A stretch of DNA of 63,598 nt, counting the filler, from Octopus bimaculoides (taxonomy: Eukaryota): assembly GCF_001194135.2 (NCBI RefSeq). It is 6 parts of 6 records of this genome, joined end to end, with 100 filler letters (N's around TTAATTAATTAA, not from the genome) between each part and the next. Parts side by side here need not be neighbours in the genome. Positions count along the whole stretch, not along the records: positions 53,039 to 63,598 come from NC_068989.1; 5 more parts are not named here. One strand, given 5' to 3'. The position numbers and the translations under genes are program-made. Of the stretch, positions 61,283 through 63,598 are shown piece after piece. The notes beneath the pieces are model-generated. The model ran no database searches. It saw only the letters and a list, made by a program, of their open reading frames with translations, and was not told where the DNA came from. Position 1 is the first letter of the stretch; every line of letters starts with the position of its first letter.

Positions 61283-63043
61283 GACGATGCCAATTCCTCT
61301 TCATCACACATTTCCAGATCAATATTAGATGGAATTTAAGGCGGTGAGCTGGCAGAAGCGTTAGCACGCCGGGCAAAATGCTTAGCGGTATGTCGTCTGT
61401 CTTTACGTTCTGAGTTCAAATTCCGCCGAGGTCGACTTTGCCTTTCATCCTTTCGGGGTCGATAAATTAAGTACCAGTTGCATACTGAGGTCAATCTAAT
61501 CGACTGTCAAAAAATTTCGGGCCTTGTGCCTAGAGTAGAATAGAATATTAGATGGAATTTTTATGAAGGGATTTCGAACCCAATCATATTCTTCTATGTT
61601 CAATGACGGAAAATAAAAGTTTATTTTTCTTTCCTGATTTGTCAAATGTTCAAATACAATAGGAGTCATTTCTTTTTATGCAGCTTTTACGTATTAAGGG
61701 AAACATTTCGAAGATACCACCTTCAGCTCTATTTTTCCAAATTACAACTATTTTAAAATGAAACCAACTTATATGTCAAAGTGAGAATGTTTTCATCTCT
61801 ACTTTGCATACATGTATTGACGCTATTAAGTTGTGCAAATATCTCTGTTAAATATTCCAGCTTGGAAACCCAAAATTCACATTGTAGATATTACAAGAAG
61901 CGTTCATGTTTTTCTTCTTTAAAAAATCCATGCAATTCCTTCTGGAGTTCCTGTATGCAACTTACCTTTTCAGAGCCATCTGACTTTTGTGTATAAAAGT
62001 AAGCGCTTGTGCTTGGAATCCATATCAACACAAATTTGTTCAAATAAACGACACTTCAATGGCCTATTTTTAATATAATTAACCATTTCAGCAACTTGGT
62101 TTAATACTTGCTTTAACTCAATTGGTATTGTTTTTGAAACTAGTACCTCCCTATGTAGGAAGCAATGACTACGCATAACATTAGGATTTTGCTGTTGTAC
62201 GAGCGATACAATACCTTTAATAAAGCCTATCATAGATGGTGCCCCATCGATACATATTCCAACACGTGAATTCCAGGATAAATTCATCTTTTCTGGGTAG
62301 GCAGATAAAATGTCAAAAATATCTTGACCTCTTGTAGTGATGGCATTTCTTCGCAACAAAAGAACTGATGTGTGATTTGGTTACCATCAATAAAGCGAAT
62401 AAATGTAAGTAATTGTGTTTTGTTGCTAATGTCAGTCGACTCATCAACCTGTAGAGCAAATTTTGAGTTCTGAAGTTTGTTCTGTACATGTTCCTCTATA
62501 TCAGCAGATAAATCCATAATTTTCCTATGGATTATATTATTTGAGAGTGGAATCTTGTTTATTTCTTGCTCGGCTTCATCACCTAACATGGTTTTAACTA
62601 TCTTTCTACAAGCGGGTAAGATAATCGACTCGGTATGCGATTTCGTTTTTAGTTCAATCGTTTCGGCCACCTCAATAGACGCGACTTGAACCTTTTCAGA
62701 AGCATTCATTCTTCTTTCAAAATAGTTTCTTTGTTTAGATTGCTGTTCTAGCAGTCTTTGGAAATAATTCAGATCTTTACATTGAAGATGTGAGTGTTTA
62801 GTTGTAAAATGTTTTTTCAACTTACTGGGTAATATGCCTTCGTTAGACATCTTTTCCCCACAGCGGAAGAAGTTGATCCTCGTTGCCAGTTCAATGGATC
62901 CCAAACTTTAAATAGCTATTGCAGTATTTACGACAGAGTCGAGCTTTGGCATTATTATCGCTAGGCTTATTTGCTTTTGGCGAACCTTCACTTTCAGATT
63001 CATAATCGTCACGATTATGTTTCCTCCTAATAAACTTTTCCAT
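61283..63043 (-). pseudogene. hAT Buster-type (ZBED5/SCAND3-like) transposase pseudogene
   Basis: MEKFIRRK...RKY...YLKFG...GEKMSNE..LPSKLKKH (BED finger), ALQVDESTD, IDGAPSM, HCFLHRE, VRWL, YFP..YDWVRNPF, EEELA; stops and frameshifts; interrupted by SINE B. Confidence 0.9.
61338..61543 (+). mobile_element. SINE family B with exact 17-bp TSD
   Basis: AATATTAGATGGAATTT at 61321-61337 and 61544-61560. Confidence 0.92.
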
Positions 63044-63103
63044 TTTATGAGTAATTTAGTCTGTTAATATGAATTGTCTCGCGCAAAGAGCACAGATTAT
63101 GCA

Positions 63104-63570
63104 CAAGGAACGGCGGAGGAAAATCAACAACGTTTTTGAAGCGTCAGAGAGAGGACATTTGACGAAAGCGACCGGATCTGTGGAGCGCGAATAAGTGGAT
63201 TCTTCACGATGGCATTGCACTTTGTCAACCAGCTCTCCTCACTCGCGAGTTTCTCGCCTAAAACAACATGGTATCGCTTCCGCATCCGCCCTACCCGCCA
63301 GGTTTACCACCTCCGGACTTCCCCAAGATGAAAAGACAACTCAAAGGTCGCTGTTTTGAAACCGTTGTCGAGATCAAGAGCGAATCGCTGCTGGTTCTCG
63401 ACTCGCTTGAGGAAAACGATTTCCCGGCCGGATTTCAAACGAGGGGGGAACGCTGGAGTTGATGTATTGCAGCACGAGGTGGTTATTTTGAAGGAGATGA
63501 TGCTAATACTTATGTGAATAAGTTATTTTATATTATAATAAATTCAGGAACCGTTTCATACTACCTCGTA
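63104..63570 (+). mobile_element. Mariner 3' half with TACGAGG-type (irritans-like) TIR
   Basis: RKRPDLW...WILHDG...REFLA*NNMVSLPHPPYPPGLPPPDF; ends CCTCGTA followed by TA repeat. Confidence 0.85.
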
Positions 63571-63598
63571 TATATGTATATACATGCATATATACATG

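Noticed and set aside
61167-61376. NWHRPISL resembling the LINE RT motif YRPISLL
   Set aside because: The same bases read as Buster transposase (EEELAS) in another frame, contiguous with the hAT.

Overview
Repeat-dense, AT-rich eukaryotic genomic DNA. The SINE, microsatellite and LINE content looks cephalopod, probably Octopus; this is recalled resemblance, with no database search run. There is no prokaryotic content, CRISPR array or rRNA, and no host protein-coding gene can be identified with confidence. Most ORFs in the track are translations of microsatellites or N runs. The window holds three tRNA-derived SINE families (A, B, C here), many R4/Dong-type restriction-like-endonuclease (RLE) LINE fragments stacked inside (TAA)n tracts, Tc1/mariner remnants (one DD41D, several mariner-type), Buster-type hAT transposase pseudogenes, Penelope-like remnants and several fold-back elements. 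Five identical N44-TTAATTAATTAA-N44 spacers are artificial six-frame-stop linkers, so the six segments may not be true neighbours. Best leads: (1) a fold-back insertion with a 14-bp target-site duplication (TSD) and a minimal type I hammerhead-like motif in its loop (19468-19923); (2) an unclassified ~555-bp TG...CA element seen three times, always in (TAA)n; (3) a candidate 3-exon gene for a 58-aa secreted peptide (6910-7483); (4) a stand-alone tRNA-Thr-like Pol III unit with a T8 terminator (51634-51713); (5) SINE (ATT)n tails acting as landing pads for TAA-targeting elements.
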